Source of the DNA: Mustelus asterias
Taxonomy: Eukaryota
DNA length: 64,000 bases
Assembly (NCBI RefSeq): GCF_964213995.1
Contig: NC_135817.1
Coordinates: 30,070,001 to 30,134,000 of the forward strand
Direction of reading: 5' to 3'
Positions within the stretch are counted from its first letter, which is position 1. Every line of letters begins with the position of its first letter. The notes below the pieces were generated by a model. It worked only from the letters and a program-made list of their open reading frames with translations. It was not told the DNA's origin and did not search any database. Position numbers and translations under genes: made by a program. Shown piece by piece: positions 26,431 through 40,333 of this stretch.

Positions 26431-27470
26431 TGAGGAACGCCACTTGTCACAGCCCTCCATTCAGAAATGCACCCTTCCACTACTACCCTTTGTCTTCTTT
26501 GACCGAGCCAGTTTTGTATCCACCTTGCCAGCTCACCTCTGATCCCATGCGACTTCACCTTCTGCACCAGTCTGCCATGAGGGATCTTGTCAAAGGCCTT
26601 ACTGAAGTCCATGTAGACAACATCCACTGCCCTACCCTCATCAATCATCTTCGTCACTTCCTGGAAAAACTCGATCAAATTAGTGAGACACGACCTCCCC
26701 TTCAGAAAACCATGCTGCCTCTCATTAATACATCCACTTATTTCCAAGTGGGAATAAATCCTGTCTCGAAGAATCCTCTCCAATAATTTCCCTACCACTG
26801 ATATAAGGCTCACCGGCCTGTAATTACTTGGACTATTCTTGCTACCCTTCTTAAACAAAGGAACAACATTGGCTATTCTCCAATCCTCTGGGACCTCCCC
26901 TGTAGCCAGTGAGGATACAAAGATTTCTCTCAAGACCCCAACAATTTCCTTCCTTGTCTCTCTCTCAGTATTCTGGGGTATATCCCATCAGGCCCTGGGG
27001 ACTTGTCTACCTTAATGTTTCTCAAGAACTCCAATACCACCTCCTTTTTGATCTCAACATGACTCAAACTATCTACACACCCTTTCCCAGACTCATCATC
27101 CACCAAGTCCTTCTCTTTGATGAATACTGACGCAAAGTACTCATTTAATATCTCGCCCATTTCCTCTGGCTCCATGCATAGATTCCCTCCCTTGTCCTTG
27201 AGTGGGCCAACCCTCTCCCTGGCTACCCTCTTGCTCTTTATATGTATAAAAAGCCTTGGGATTTTCCTTAATCCTGCTGGCCAATGCTTTTTCATGACCC
27301 CTTTTAGCCCTCCTTACTCCTTGCTTAAGTTTCTTTCTACTTTCCTTGTATTCCACACTTGCTTCGTGTGTTCCCAACCTCCTAGCTTTGACAAATGCTT
27401 CCTTTTCTCTTTGAGTAGGCTCACAATATTTCTCGTTATCCAAGGTTCCCAAAACTTGCCATACTTATCC
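26431..27470 (-). mobile_element. CR1 LINE ORF2 internal fragment (RT N-terminal half)
   Basis: VPEDWRIANVVPLFKKG..NYRPVSL..QHGFLKGRSCLTNL..YMDFSKAFDK..VTSGVPQ. Confidence 0.94.
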
Positions 27471-28119
27471 TTACTATCCTGACTTGGAAATATCTTACCG
27501 TTCTTCCACTTTTGCTGTCCTAAGATACTTTCATGTTAACTAACGTAATCGAGATACATGTTACAACTCCTTTTGCTATGCACCACACTTCTGTCAGACG
27601 TATGACTTTACAAGATCCAAACCCAATTCATTCTCAGCTTCCAGCAGGCTCATTTCTCCTTTTCATACCAGGGTCCTATGAAAATCACCCCACTCCCTCC
27701 ATCTGAATAAACTGACTTCCACCAGCAAGGCCCACCATGGCAACTCCATGTTCCATAAATCGCCAAAAGTCTTGTTTGTTCTGCCTTCTTTTTGAACAGA
27801 GAATCAAGTCTCACTAGCATCCTGCTTGACAATTAACACAAGCATCATCTTTCCCTGCTCGTCACAGCAGTTGCATTGCTTCTCTCACTGTCTATCTCAA
27901 AAAGCAGCTGCACCTTTTTTGTGTCAAGGTTTGAAAACAGTCACTTGATTTTCAATAAGTTTCACTTTGGGTTTCTTTCCCATGAATAACAGATCACATG
28001 GGCCTGTCTCCGGGCAGATGCTTAGTATAGATATGATCCCTCTATTCAGAGCACTTTGTTTCACCTCAAGTGAAAATATAGTGAGATTTAAAACATAACT
28101 GTCTCATAAAGTTCCACAT

Positions 28120-28240
28120 TTTTAGCAATATTTTTCAAAATTTATAGTATATTTACAATATATTCCAAAATTTACAATATGTTCCAAAATTTACAATATA
28201 TTTACAACATATTATAAAATTTACAATAAATTTGCAATAA
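28120..28240. repeat. Degenerate AT-rich minisatellite
   Basis: Repeated atttacaata / tattccaaa units. Confidence 0.7.
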
Positions 28241-30524
28241 TGTCTAACATTTTTTTTCTTTTAACTGTTTATCTCTCAGTTGAAATCTGGATTTCACTTT
28301 TGCCACCAGTGTAGTCTACATCATGAAGAACCTCAAAATCCTGTAATCTGGAATTATAACTGATTTTAAAATGCACCTGTATAGGCATGATGAGCTGAGT
28401 GGCCTTCTTCTATGTTGAACGATTCTTTGGTAACCGTATAAAATTAAGCCAAACTTAACTCCTATTAGCAGTTGCACATAGGAAGACTTACTGTAGCTTG
28501 TAATTTAGAATAGTTAAAATGAAAATCACAGGCAGGTCACCTTCAATCACAGAGTATCATCAATTCTCTGAAACTTATAGCATCATTATTGAACCACTTG
28601 TTCAGATTTACCTTTGTTTCGTCTCTATTTTAACTAGTATCATTGATTTTACCTGTTGTTAGTACAGTGCTCACTATGAGATTGCACTGATGCGTTTTTT
28701 CCCTGCAAGCTTTATGTTGGGGGAGAAGACCACCATGCACTAATCACAAAGAAATATTAAAAATTATATCACTCTTCTGTTAATTCTATGAAGATGCACC
28801 AACTCCACAGAGTTTATGAACCAGTAAATCTAATTGTGAGGGGGATTGTTGGATTGGGAGAGTTCAACAACATTAGAAAATATGTTTAATCAATCAAAAT
28901 TCAGTATTCTGAATATTCATAATTTAACTATGGGCACAGCATGCATTTTGTTCACCTTATTTATTGAAGTAGATTACAAAAAAATGAGAACAATTTATTT
29001 AGTAACTTAGACATTTGTCAATACAAGTATTTAAATTGTATCTCAAAGATTATTTTCTATTTTATTTTCATGATATTGGTCAATTAAAATTACATTACAA
29101 AGCACTAATAAAACAAAACACCACCTGTTAAAAATAAAGTTAACTAAGATGCAAAAAAAACTGAAGATAAATACAATAATTATAACCTCCCAGCCATAGC
29201 TGCATCAGTATATCCTTGAATTCTCAACCAAAGGACGAGAGTTCAGATTCCAGAGCACTTGCTTTGGCAATTACTTCCTTACAGTTGTAACACAGGATGA
29301 GTTAAAAAAACTAGTCAACTAGTGATTTTTGTTCATAACAAACAAGCAGTGATGTTAAAAAAAGACACGCAACAGTCTAAACTGACCTACTCTCCTAAAA
29401 AAAAGTTATGGAAAAAAATGCCATAAACAGTAACTGCATCTCTTCCTCTCCATGTCATTGACAGTTGCAAATAAAACTGTAGAGTGTGCTTACAATGTAA
29501 TGTCTTCTGCAGAAGATGATAGTGTCACAATGACATGAAATTGCAACTAAGTGAGATCTACCTATCACTTCAACAACTAGACAAAAACATACTGAACTGT
29601 TTAAAAGAGGACATGTTTTGTAAAAAAAATGCTGACCAAAGATGGTACCATCAGTCACCTGATGTCTGGTGTTGTAACTTGACTACGTAACTAGGAAGTT
29701 CTGATACAGATTGCACTGTAGAACTGCTCTAATGTGTTGCATAGCATTTCACACCTTGGAGGAGGGGGTGGTGATGGCAGTGTCAAGGTCTACTTCAAAC
29801 CGGGACTTTTGAAAAGGAAAGCACTGAAAACGCAAAATGACTTTAATCAATTGTACTTCTGCCATGAAAATGGGAACTGCTAACCAGCCAGATACAATCA
29901 ATAGGGATCCCAAACCCCCTGTGGAGGATGAAATAGCTCCACCTCCTGTTGGTTTCTGCTATATCAAAATATGTCAAAAGTGTCTGAGATGAAAGATCAA
30001 AAATTTGATTGTTTGACAACAACGACTGCAAATCTTGTTAATCAAATTCACAAACAGAAGGCTTAAGAATTGGTTTTGCCAAGCCAAACACAGAAAAATC
30101 AAAGTCATCTGGAAAAACTGCTGAAGGGAACAGTAAACAATCTTCTACTCTCTCTCTGAAGACAAAATTGACTCCAGTAAAGTACTATTACTGAAATTCA
30201 ATTCAGCTCATAAATTTTAAGGAAACGAGCTAACTTCAGATGACTGCAACATTCAACAATCTACATCTCAAGGACAAACAAGGGACTTGATCGTATATTC
30301 TATTAACTTTTCTTAAACATATCTCAGAAGTAGGAAAAGTGTCTAATGTGTGTATCACCACGTTTCATTTTTCATCAGGTTTAGCACTCTGACTCAAAAA
30401 AGCCTGGTTTTATTGGCTCCTAATTAAAAGAAATGTAAAAAACCTTTGTTGCAATCAACCAAGGGGACTGAAAAAAAGGGGAGCCAATTCACTCTTCACC
30501 CGGTTATAAAATAGCAAAACATAC

Positions 30525-30728
30525 TTTTAGTTTTGTGGTTGCATCTCTCTTTGACATTTTGCGTAGGACCATTCGGAAGTCAGCATCCACCAAACTGTCC
30601 ACTTCTTCTAAACCTTGGACTGCAGGAACATAACCCAGTTCATTCTGGTTGGCTCCAAATCCAGTAAAGCCTGGAACTGTTCCCTTGTCTTTAGCCAGCA
30701 GCTCAGCTGCTTTACCACTGCTGGATGG
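30525..30728 (-). CDS. LTN1: Listerin exon 2
   Basis: tttacag|[25 protein letters not shown]...[22 protein letters not shown]|gtatgt; 204 nt; conserved listerin N-terminal domain. Confidence 0.96.
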
Positions 30729-31608
30729 CTGTAAACAAAAACCAAAGCAGATCAAATTAGTCTTATATGAACTTCCTTAGGAGCCAAACTAAGCCTGCAC
30801 AGTGTTTTGACTTCAATTCATTGCAACTGTTGGAGAAGATTTTAAAACTGTATTAGGATAAAAATGGGCACTTGATTTATCAAGAAGTCTAAAAGTTTAG
30901 GGCGGTAGCACCAAGCTCTAGGCAAATACAACCTTCAATCTCTGCTCAATTCCCAACCTGTGATTTTCTAAATGCGGGCTAAAATATCTTGGGAGAACAG
31001 ATTAAAGGACGGTTACTAATAAGCCAAAGCCTTGTACCCTCAAAGTAATGTGAGAATTTCTAACAAAAACATCTACAAATGGACGGACTGCAATTAGAAT
31101 TGTCCAGCACTAGTGTTAGCATTCAGAAAATCAGAAGCAGGAAGTGGCAAAGACATCTGCAGGAAACAATGATGTCTATGATGGGATATGGACAATGTGG
31201 AAGTTTTCAGGGCATAAAACAGGTATACTGAAAAACAAGAAACATTCTCCCACTGACTCCCTCACGAGATGAAGTCAGTCCAACTCGAATAAAAGGGGCT
31301 GCAAATCGTCCACAATGCGCAGGGTTTTAATAACCACTTACCACAAAGCAGCCCAGTATAAATCCCAGCAAAATAGGTTCACAGTTGAAAAGTTTCCTAG
31401 TGGCTCTAAGAAATGTGCATCCATTTTTGAAAGTGGATGATGGCAGTATTTGCAGTTACTCCAGAGCCTTGAGCATATAGACTAGGCTGACATTCAGTGC
31501 AATACAATGGGAGCACTGCACAGTAGAAGTGAGACATTAAAAACGAAGGCCTGGAGAAATAATGCCCTCTCTGGTGGACATAAACAATTCCATGGTACTT
31601 TATTCAAA

Positions 31609-31731
31609 ATGTGGAGATGCCGGCGTTGGACTGGGGTAAGCACAGTAAGAAGTCTCACAACACCAGGTTAAAGTCCAACAGGTTTATTTGGTAGCAAATA
31701 CCATAAGCTTTCGGAGCAATGCTCCTTCGTC
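31609..31731 (-). mobile_element. PLE mini-copy (hammerhead core to tail)
   Basis: Minus strand TGACGAAGGAGCATTGCTCCGAAAGCTT...GCCGGCATCTCCACAT; TSD actt(t/a)attcaaa at 31597-31608 and 31732-31743. Confidence 0.87.
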
Positions 31732-31849
31732 ACTTAATTCAAAGGCAAGGGAGTTCTGGGCATTATTTGTCCTTCACCAACAACACTGAGACATGTTAAT
31801 GGTGATTATTGCATCGTGGTGCACAGATGGACTGTGGAGTTTACTGCAG

Positions 31850-32089
31850 TCATAGAATCCTACAGCGCAGAAAAAAACCATTTGGCCCATTGAGTCTGTA
31901 CTGACCACAATTCCATCCAGGCCCTATCCTCAATACCCCATGCAATTACCCTAGCTAGTCTCCCTGACACTAAGGGGAATTTAGCATGGCCAATCCACCT
32001 AACCCAATCCACACAGTGGCCCAAGGCGGGAATCGAACCCAAGTCCCTGGTGCTGTGAGGCAGCAATGCTAACCACCGTGCCACCCCCC
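31850..32089 (-). mobile_element. HE1/V-SINE with internal deletion, nested in a Deu-SINE
   Basis: Head and tail present, V-domain mostly missing. Confidence 0.85.
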
Positions 32090-32109
32090 CACTATTCAAA
32101 TAGTGACTC

Positions 32110-32760
32110 TTCAAAAGTACTCCCAGGATCGTGAAAAGTGCGACAGAAACCGACACAGGAGGCCTGCGTATGGCTGGGTGACAAGGTAAGTCCTTGAAAG
32201 GGGAGAGGATTTGACAGGGTTACATTGAAAGGCTTGGGATGGCGGGGGTCAAGCGGGGCTAATTGGATAGCTCTTTCCAAAAACGCCGCGGGCCGAGTGG
32301 CCGTTTCATGTGTGATTCCATGGAGAGCAGTGCTCCTGTCCGAGGGCGTTTGGTACAGAACGGGACTGAGCCCCTCTCCCTCTGTGCCTGCCAGCCAGGC
32401 ACTGGTCACATTCAGTCCCTTACCCGCACATTGCCTTTGGTTCGCTGTTTGTTTTTCCCACCCATCGCGTGCCCACTTCTCCAGCTCGAGACACTTCCGT
32501 TACTTTCAAACAGCCACGACACTCCCCGCTCACTGCGCCTGCGCTCCCTGTGTGCACTCCTCTTGAAACGACCGGCCAGAAACAACAGCCCCGTGAGGTG
32601 AGTCTTCTTTCCGGGTGTCACATCCCAAACAGAGCAAGTGCTGGCGCGCCACACACCATTCTGCAGTGATGGATTTGACCTTCTTTGAAGGCGGGTAGTG
32701 GCTGGGTAAACCTAGGTGGCACATCACGGCAAGGAATTTAGATTTTTGTCACGGTTTTGG
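32110..32760. promoter_or_regulatory. CpG-rich LTN1 promoter and first-exon region
   Basis: Local CpG enrichment; ETS/GABP-type CACTTCCG near 32492; NRF1-like TGCGCCTGCGC at 32534-32544. Confidence 0.7.
32424..32465 (-). CDS. LTN1: E3 ubiquitin ligase listerin, coding exon 1 (start codon)
   Basis: ATG, then MGGKNKQRTKGNVR (listerin N-terminus), then donor gtaagg; 42 nt; lies in a CpG-rich region. Confidence 0.95.
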
Positions 32761-34688
32761 TGCATTTTCACAGTAACTTCATTGCAGTGTTAATGTAAAA
32801 AAATAGTAATGGTCTCAACAGTAGTGAGCCCTGGAGCACCCATTCTGTACTTCTTCACCATTCCAACCCCAACATAAGTCCTTTAGCCTGTACCCTTCAG
32901 CCATGAAACAGATTTTAAAATAAGGCTAATTTCCAATTTCTAGTTCACAATGGTTCTATTTATTCTGAGTAAAAACAAGGGTATCTGCCAGTGGATATTT
33001 CTCTTCACTAAACTTATGCTTCAGTTTATTTTAGGCTATTTTCAGTAAATATGAGCTGCTCTTTCCTTTGTAATGTAAACTTGACACACAGAAAAGGAAA
33101 CTTTGCTTTTAGATGTTTGAACTATTGGCATAATTGTAATTATGCTAACAGCAGTCTCACCAACACAAATTGTTGATTATTGTTGAATTGGTACATATTT
33201 ACTCCCTAACTCTTTTTCCTTCCAGAATCCATCAATTACTAATATAATGTCTCTGACATTCAAGAACAGTAGCAGAAGAGGAAACCCAGAAATCCCAGGG
33301 ATGCGATCATAATGCTAAATTTAATGACAGGATTTAATTAACATTTTTAAAAATCCTGTTTCCAATTCAGCAGTTGGACATGTTGACAGATTGACTTTTG
33401 TCAGTGAGAAAGACAACAGTGTAAGACTGCAGCCAAGGGTGGGAGGGTGGGAAATTGAAGCCTGGCAATTAAGAGAGAGTAAAAGATGGACTATGAAAGC
33501 AGGGTTGGGAGTCAGACCCACAATTGGGGGTGGAAGGAAGATAGATTAGGGGTTGGCTGATCTTAGGGCAGGAAGCTTAGGATCTCAGTAGATCAGGCCA
33601 GTGAGGAGGCAGATGATTTGCATGAGGGGCAATTGGGAGCACAGAAGAAACATAGTTTACTAAAATAAGTTACTTCTTGGGAAGGCTAAAAAAAGCAAAT
33701 TCAATATCACCTTTGTTCCACACTATTTATTTAGAAACATAGAAAAATTTACAGCACAGAAAATGCTGGATATACTCAGCAGGTCAGGCAGAATTCTATG
33801 GAAGTTAACATTTCAATTGGTCATTCAGCTCATTGTGTACAGACCAGCCGACAAAGAGAAAAAAAGTTAATCCCATTTTCCAGCTCTTGGTCTGTAGCCC
33901 AGTAGATTACAGCATCTCAAGTGTGTATCCAAATGTTGTTAAAATATGATGACTGTTATCAATCTATAGGTTCTACAAGTGGTTTTGAAAAATAGTCCCT
34001 AAATTGATTTGTTGATAAATAATAATGTAATTATTTTATTTCAGAGTAGCATTATGTCAAATTTCTTCATAACCTAAACATGTGTTCTGGATGATGAAAC
34101 TAATGGGTTTTTTAATGATCATTTGAGCTTTTCTTCTAATTGTTACTACTCACAATATTACTGTCCTCAATGTCATTTAGTTGAAGATAGAACTGGTAAA
34201 AGGTATTGAGAATCATCACTATTCACCCATTTAAGTTTGCTTTTAAGTGGTTTTCTTTGGTAGGAACCACATTTAGTGTTTTTAATACATCTAACTTCTC
34301 TGGTTAATTCATTAACCATGCACCCATTATTGTCATTGCTGGATACATCTGATCATAGGAACCTAAAGATTACAATTAGAATATTGCTAAATTGATACAA
34401 GACATATAAAAGCAACATAAAAAGTTGAGGATTGAGATTCCTAGGTGGAAAAATCAAATTATTTTAAAAGCTATTTAGCCAGCACAGACATGATGGACCA
34501 AATACCCCCTTTTCTACTGTAACCATTCTATGATTCAATACCTAAGTTTTTAATAAATCTAATTAGTTTTCTAATTTCTATAGCTGGATAGGACACTGGA
34601 GTGCACTACTGTATTGTATGACATTTAGAACGTATTTAAACATTATTTTTCTGTTACAATAAAACAATGATGTGAACACAAAAATAAT

Positions 34689-34952
<264 letters not shown>

Positions 34953-35030
34953 TTAGAAAAATGTTAGAAGGACGTGGAAGAGGTGGTGCAGTGTGTCAGT
35001 ACACAAAATTGCAATTTTGGTATGGTGTAT

Positions 35031-35345
35031 GATGGCACAATGGTTAGCACTGCTGCCTCACAGCTCCAGGGACCTGGGTTCTATTCCTGGCTTAGGTCAT
35101 TGTCCATGTGGAGTTTGCACATTCTCCCCGTGTCTGTGTGGGTTTCCTCCAACAGTCCAAACATGTGCGGGTTAGGTTGATTGGCCATGCTAAATTGCCC
35201 CTTAGTGTCCCGGGATCTTTAGGTTAGAGTGATTAGTGGGGTAAATATGTGGGGTTACGGGAAGAGGGGCTGGGTGGGATTGTTGTTGGTGCAGAACTGA
35301 TGGGCCGAAGGGCTTCCTACAGCACTGCAGGGATCCTATGATGAT
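35031..35345 (+). mobile_element. HE1/V-SINE
   Basis: Head, V-domain and tail motifs. Confidence 0.88.
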
Positions 35346-36748
35346 GGTTTGTGCCTATGATGACCACAACACTTAGTTCCCAGTGTTAGCCATATCATTC
35401 TGGGAATGCATCAAAATTTAGGTCAGGAACTACGCTCTTTAACTTAGTCAAGTTAGTCAAGGACTATTTACCTTTACCAAATCCTTACCGAGATTCATTA
35501 TTCGCCCCTAATTTTTCAAATGCCAAAAAATTTTGTCCTGGATTAAAGTCTCTAAAATGTTGTCCACCATTGTCATTGTGCTGACTTGGCCCGTTATTGA
35601 CAGATTGATGCCTCAGTCATTTTTGCTTGAATTGAGCTGCAACATTTATAATCCCCCGGTCCTCTGGCATCACCCCCATATCGAAGGAGGATTAGAGTAT
35701 TGTGGCTAGAGTCTCCACAATTTCCACTCATACTACCCGCAGTAAAGTAGAATGCATTCCACCTGGACTGAGTGACTTTTCTATTTTAAGGATTGTCAAC
35801 ATTTCAAGTCCTCTTCTTTTAGCCAATCTATTATCACTATTCCTATTCCTTTATTGCCACACCGTCAACATCCTCTCTTTGAGGGAAAGATGTAATAAAA
35901 TCATTTAGCACCTCAACCATGCCTGCTACCTTGATGGGAATATATTTTGGTCAATAATTATCAACCCCCACTCTTCCTTTGAATAGCTTTTACCATTTAC
36001 ATATTTATAAAAGTCTTTTGAATTCCTTTTACCCTCTGAGGAAAGCAGAGGATTCTGTTCTGAGATAAAAGAGATACTACGACTGCATGGATCCTGCTGC
36101 AGTGTCAAAGGCTGCAGACAGGCCAACAAGCACAATGAAGAATAGTATGTATACCTTTGTCACAGTGGCATAGGATGTCATTGTAACTTTAATAAGAGCC
36201 ATTTCAGTACTATGGCAAGGACGGAAACCAGATTAGAGAGATTGAACATGGAGTTTAGGGAAAGATAGGCATGGATTTAGGAGGTGACAACATGTACACG
36301 GGCTTTGTGGAGAAAAAATAGGTTGATGATGGGTTGGTAGTTTGCAAAGAAAATTGTGTCAAGGAGAAGGATAATTATGATAGATGTAGAAGAGAGAGGG
36401 ACAAAACCTGAAGAAAGAGAACTATTAACAATATTGGCTAATGTGGGGATGAGGAAGGCACCTATCTATTCTAATCCCATTTTCCAACTCTTGGGCTGTA
36501 GCCTTGTATGCTATTGTGTTTCAAGTGCTCATCTAAATGAACTGGCAATTTCTTGGGAAGGAGTCATGGGACCTTGGAGAGGGCATAGAGGAGATAGAGA
36601 TGCAAATTCAGGGCTAGGGCATATCTGATATATGTATATTGTCTGAATACAATAAAAATTAAACGCAACTTCGTGGATAGAATCCACACTGGGAAAATCT
36701 GTTGGCACCCAGGAGTGCAAATTTAATAATTACAATTCTGTTTACTTA

Positions 36749-37231
<483 letters not shown>

Positions 37232-38334
37232 TTACTCTGCACAGAAAAATCACCTGAACGTATGCTTTCAACTCAACTCTGAGGATTTATGTTTTTTTTA
37301 ATACAGAACTTCTTCTATAATTGTAGAAAATGCTGAAATAGCTGGTATAAAAACATTTGGAAAAAATAAATAATTGGATAAACATTTTGAATGTAAGTGC
37401 TTTAAATGTTTACCTCTGTTTTGGGCTTCCAGATGCTGACAATCATTAATTTTTCATCATTTTCAGTTTTTATTTCAGTACCTGCAGCTTTTCTTTTTTA
37501 AATCTTCCCCTGATGACAAAACCACTTTTGCTGTACAGTGGAAAACTGCAACTGCAAGTTCTCGTTGGAAATCAAAAAGGCAGATCAGGCAACCATCAGC
37601 ATTTTTCTATTACTGGAATCCAGAGAAGCTGTCCCAAGGAGGGCTTCGCTGCTGACCTATGCAGATTGTTTATGCTACTACTCTACTACCAAGATCAACC
37701 CTTGAAGGAAAAGAGGGGGTTAAACATCGACTTTCAGCTACTGGAACATTGACAGTGTCCACATCTGATAATATGACAACACCCATGTCCCAATACTTGA
37801 ATTAAGAAAGAAATTCTAGATCTATCCCACTAACTTCTGGTATCAACAATTCCCTTCCCATCAGAGACATCACAATGGTTATTGCTTCTCAATACAGACT
37901 ATACACATGTACAATCAAGGCGCTGTTTTGCTGGAATTTTCCAACAATCCTATCAGCCTGAATATCTGAGGCACCAAAGTGCATGCACTTCTCCTAGAGC
38001 GGGGATTCTTTTGAGGGCAGGCCACTCACTTATTTACACACAGTTTCTAGCTACCTCCTAGCAACATTTACAATTTACTTACCCAAGGTATGGGAAGTTA
38101 CAAGACAAGAACAGATAAAAGAAGAAACAAATTAAATGGTGAAATTTAAATAGCTTGTCATGTGAATTATGGCAACCCAAACATTTGACACTGAAGATTC
38201 AATTTCTAGTTATATTATAATTTGAATATGCTTTGTTTATAATGTTTCTTTTCCACCAGCTAATTAGAATGATGACTTTATTTTTGCTTAAAATAATCTA
38301 TTGCACAAATCTGCCTTAAGAGCATATACTGTAC

Positions 38335-38402
38335 CTTGTTGATATTTCTGGTATCACTGCTGGATAATTTGGAGGAAAGGCACAAGATAATGCACAAACT
38401 AC
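38335..38402 (-). CDS. RWDD2B: RWDD2B second coding exon
   Basis: ttacag|VVCALSCAFPPNYPAVIPEISTR|gtacag; RWD YPxxxP motif; 68 nt. Confidence 0.92.
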
Positions 38403-38510
38403 CTGTAATAAAAGAAGTAATTCCATTGGAGCAAAGGAAATTACTTTCACATACAATTATTCAAAACAGTCAAAAAGATGTACATAAACATTTGCCAATG
38501 CAGTACTGAC

Positions 38511-38702
38511 ATTAGGAACATCCAGCTGGAGGTGTACAGTGAACTGAAGTCTTGAAGTTGGTGGGTCCAATAACTTCCCTTGTGTGTAGTCTCTGAGATC
38601 TGCTAAAGCCAACTGATCATCCACCTGAAGTTCATTAGGAAACATACTGAACAGAAGTTCCAGTTCAGATATCTGGGCCTCAGCATTAGCAGGACTGGTC
38701 AT
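38511..38702 (-). CDS. RWDD2B: RWD domain-containing protein 2B, first coding exon
   Basis: ATG preceded by an in-frame TAA; MTSPANAEAQISELELLFSMFPNEL...DVPN|gtcagt; exon acceptor at 38747-38748. Confidence 0.93.
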
Positions 38703-38990
38703 TTTTTAATGAATGGTTCCAAAGAGTGTGATAACCCAAAGAAAACCTAAAAAAAGAAAAGTTAACATTTGGCCCTTAATGTGCACAGTGTGTAAAACTG
38801 ATATGGTTAAAATGGCATTTTGTTTACATTTCTTGAGGGAAAATTCACTAAAGTTTTTCCTGTAGAATCAGTTTGGAGATGTCCATGAGTGGTTTCCTCA
38901 TTCCTGGTGGTGAATGCATATAAGTAAATTATAGGGGAATTATATAAAATACTGTATTTACAGCCTGTCATCTAAAGCATATTCTAATCC

Positions 38991-39308
38991 ATCATAGAAT
39001 CCTACAGTGCAGAAGGAGGCCATTTGGCCCATTGAGCCTGCACCGACAACAATCCCACCGAGGCCCTATTCCCGTAACCCCGTGTATTTACCCTGCTGGT
39101 CCCCCTGACATGTAGGGTAAATTTAGCATAGCCAATCAACCTAACCTGTACATCTTTGGACTGTGGGATGAAACCAGAGCACGTGGAGGAAACCCACGTA
39201 GACACAGGGAGAATAAGCAAACTCCACACAGTGACCCGAGGCCGGAATTGAATTCGGGTCTCTGGCACTGTGAGGCAGCAGTGCTAACCACTGTGCCATT
39301 GTGCTGCC
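38991..39308 (-). mobile_element. HE1/V-SINE
   Basis: Reverse-complemented head, V-domain and tail. Confidence 0.9.
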
Positions 39309-40079
39309 ACGCAAATCTTGCCTGTAATCTATAATGAACTGGAAATTTGACCAATTTGTATTCAGTTTGCCCATTGAACCTCAGGTATCAGAAATTCATC
39401 AGAATTATGCCAGGGCTTAAAGGGTTCAATTATTAAGTCAACTTTCATAAATGTGTCTCGTATTCTCTTCCATTGATAGGTTGATGGATAATTTAATCAA
39501 GTGTTTAAAATGGTAAAGGGATATGATATGGTAGATGCAAAGAAGCTATTCCCTCTGGAAGACAACTTCAAAAAGTCAGTGGCAGTTATAATGTTCCAGC
39601 TCAAAAAAAAATGTCTCGTTACACATTCGAGTCTGTCATAAATACCTTCTTAGTTACAGTAACACAAGTGGTTTGTGCATCCACTATTGAGGTCTAATCC
39701 TGATAATATTATCAGAATAACTTTTTTGATTGTATTTAATTTAATTTCAGCTCCATCATCAAGACTTACAGCTCCACAACACTGTCCAACTCTTCTGAAA
39801 CATTCATCTGTGGTTTTGTTACTACTGGATCTCCTGGAGGCCTCCATCAGCCGCACATGCTTTTGTGATATCTGCCTCTAACTCTGGCTCCTTGTGCATC
39901 TCTGATTTTAACCAATACATCACAGGAGACTGTACGTTCAGCTGCCTTGACCCTAAACTCTGGAATTCCCTAACTAAACCTCTCTGCCTCTCCACCACTC
40001 TTTCTTCTAAGATGCTCCTTAAAATCCTGTCTCTTTGACCAGACATTTGGTCATCTGCTCTGATATCTCCTGTGGCTTT

Positions 40080-40333
40080 GGTGACTGTCTGTGTGGAGTT
40101 TGCACGTTCCCCCCGTGTCTGCGTGGGTTTCCTCCAGGTGCTTCAGTTTCCTCCCAGACTCCAAAGATGTGCGGGTTAGGTTGATTGGCCATGATAATTT
40201 GCTCCTTAGTGTCAGGGTAAATTAGCAGGATAAATATGTGAAGTTACGGGGATAGGGCCTGGGTGGGATTGTTGTCAGTGCAGGCTCGATGGGCCGAATG
40301 GCCTCCTTCTGCACTGTGGGGATTCTATGATTC
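40080..40333 (+). mobile_element. HE1/V-SINE, 5'-truncated
   Basis: V-domain through tail gattctatgattc. Confidence 0.87.

Larger units (their letters stand above)
31455..32145 (+). mobile_element. Deu-domain SINE interrupted by a PLE mini-copy and an HE1 SINE
   Basis: ccagagccttgagcatatagactaggctgacattcagtgcaatac...tggtggacataaac...gtgactcttcaaaagtac. Confidence 0.65.

Noticed and set aside
28120-28240. Possible CRISPR-like repeat-spacer pattern
   Set aside because: Degenerate AT-rich minisatellite without unique spacers, in a vertebrate intron
32466-32654. 63-codon open frame upstream of the LTN1 ATG
   Set aside because: No upstream ATG (the track uses a GTG start); it spans GC-rich promoter sequence where stops are rare; no recognisable homology
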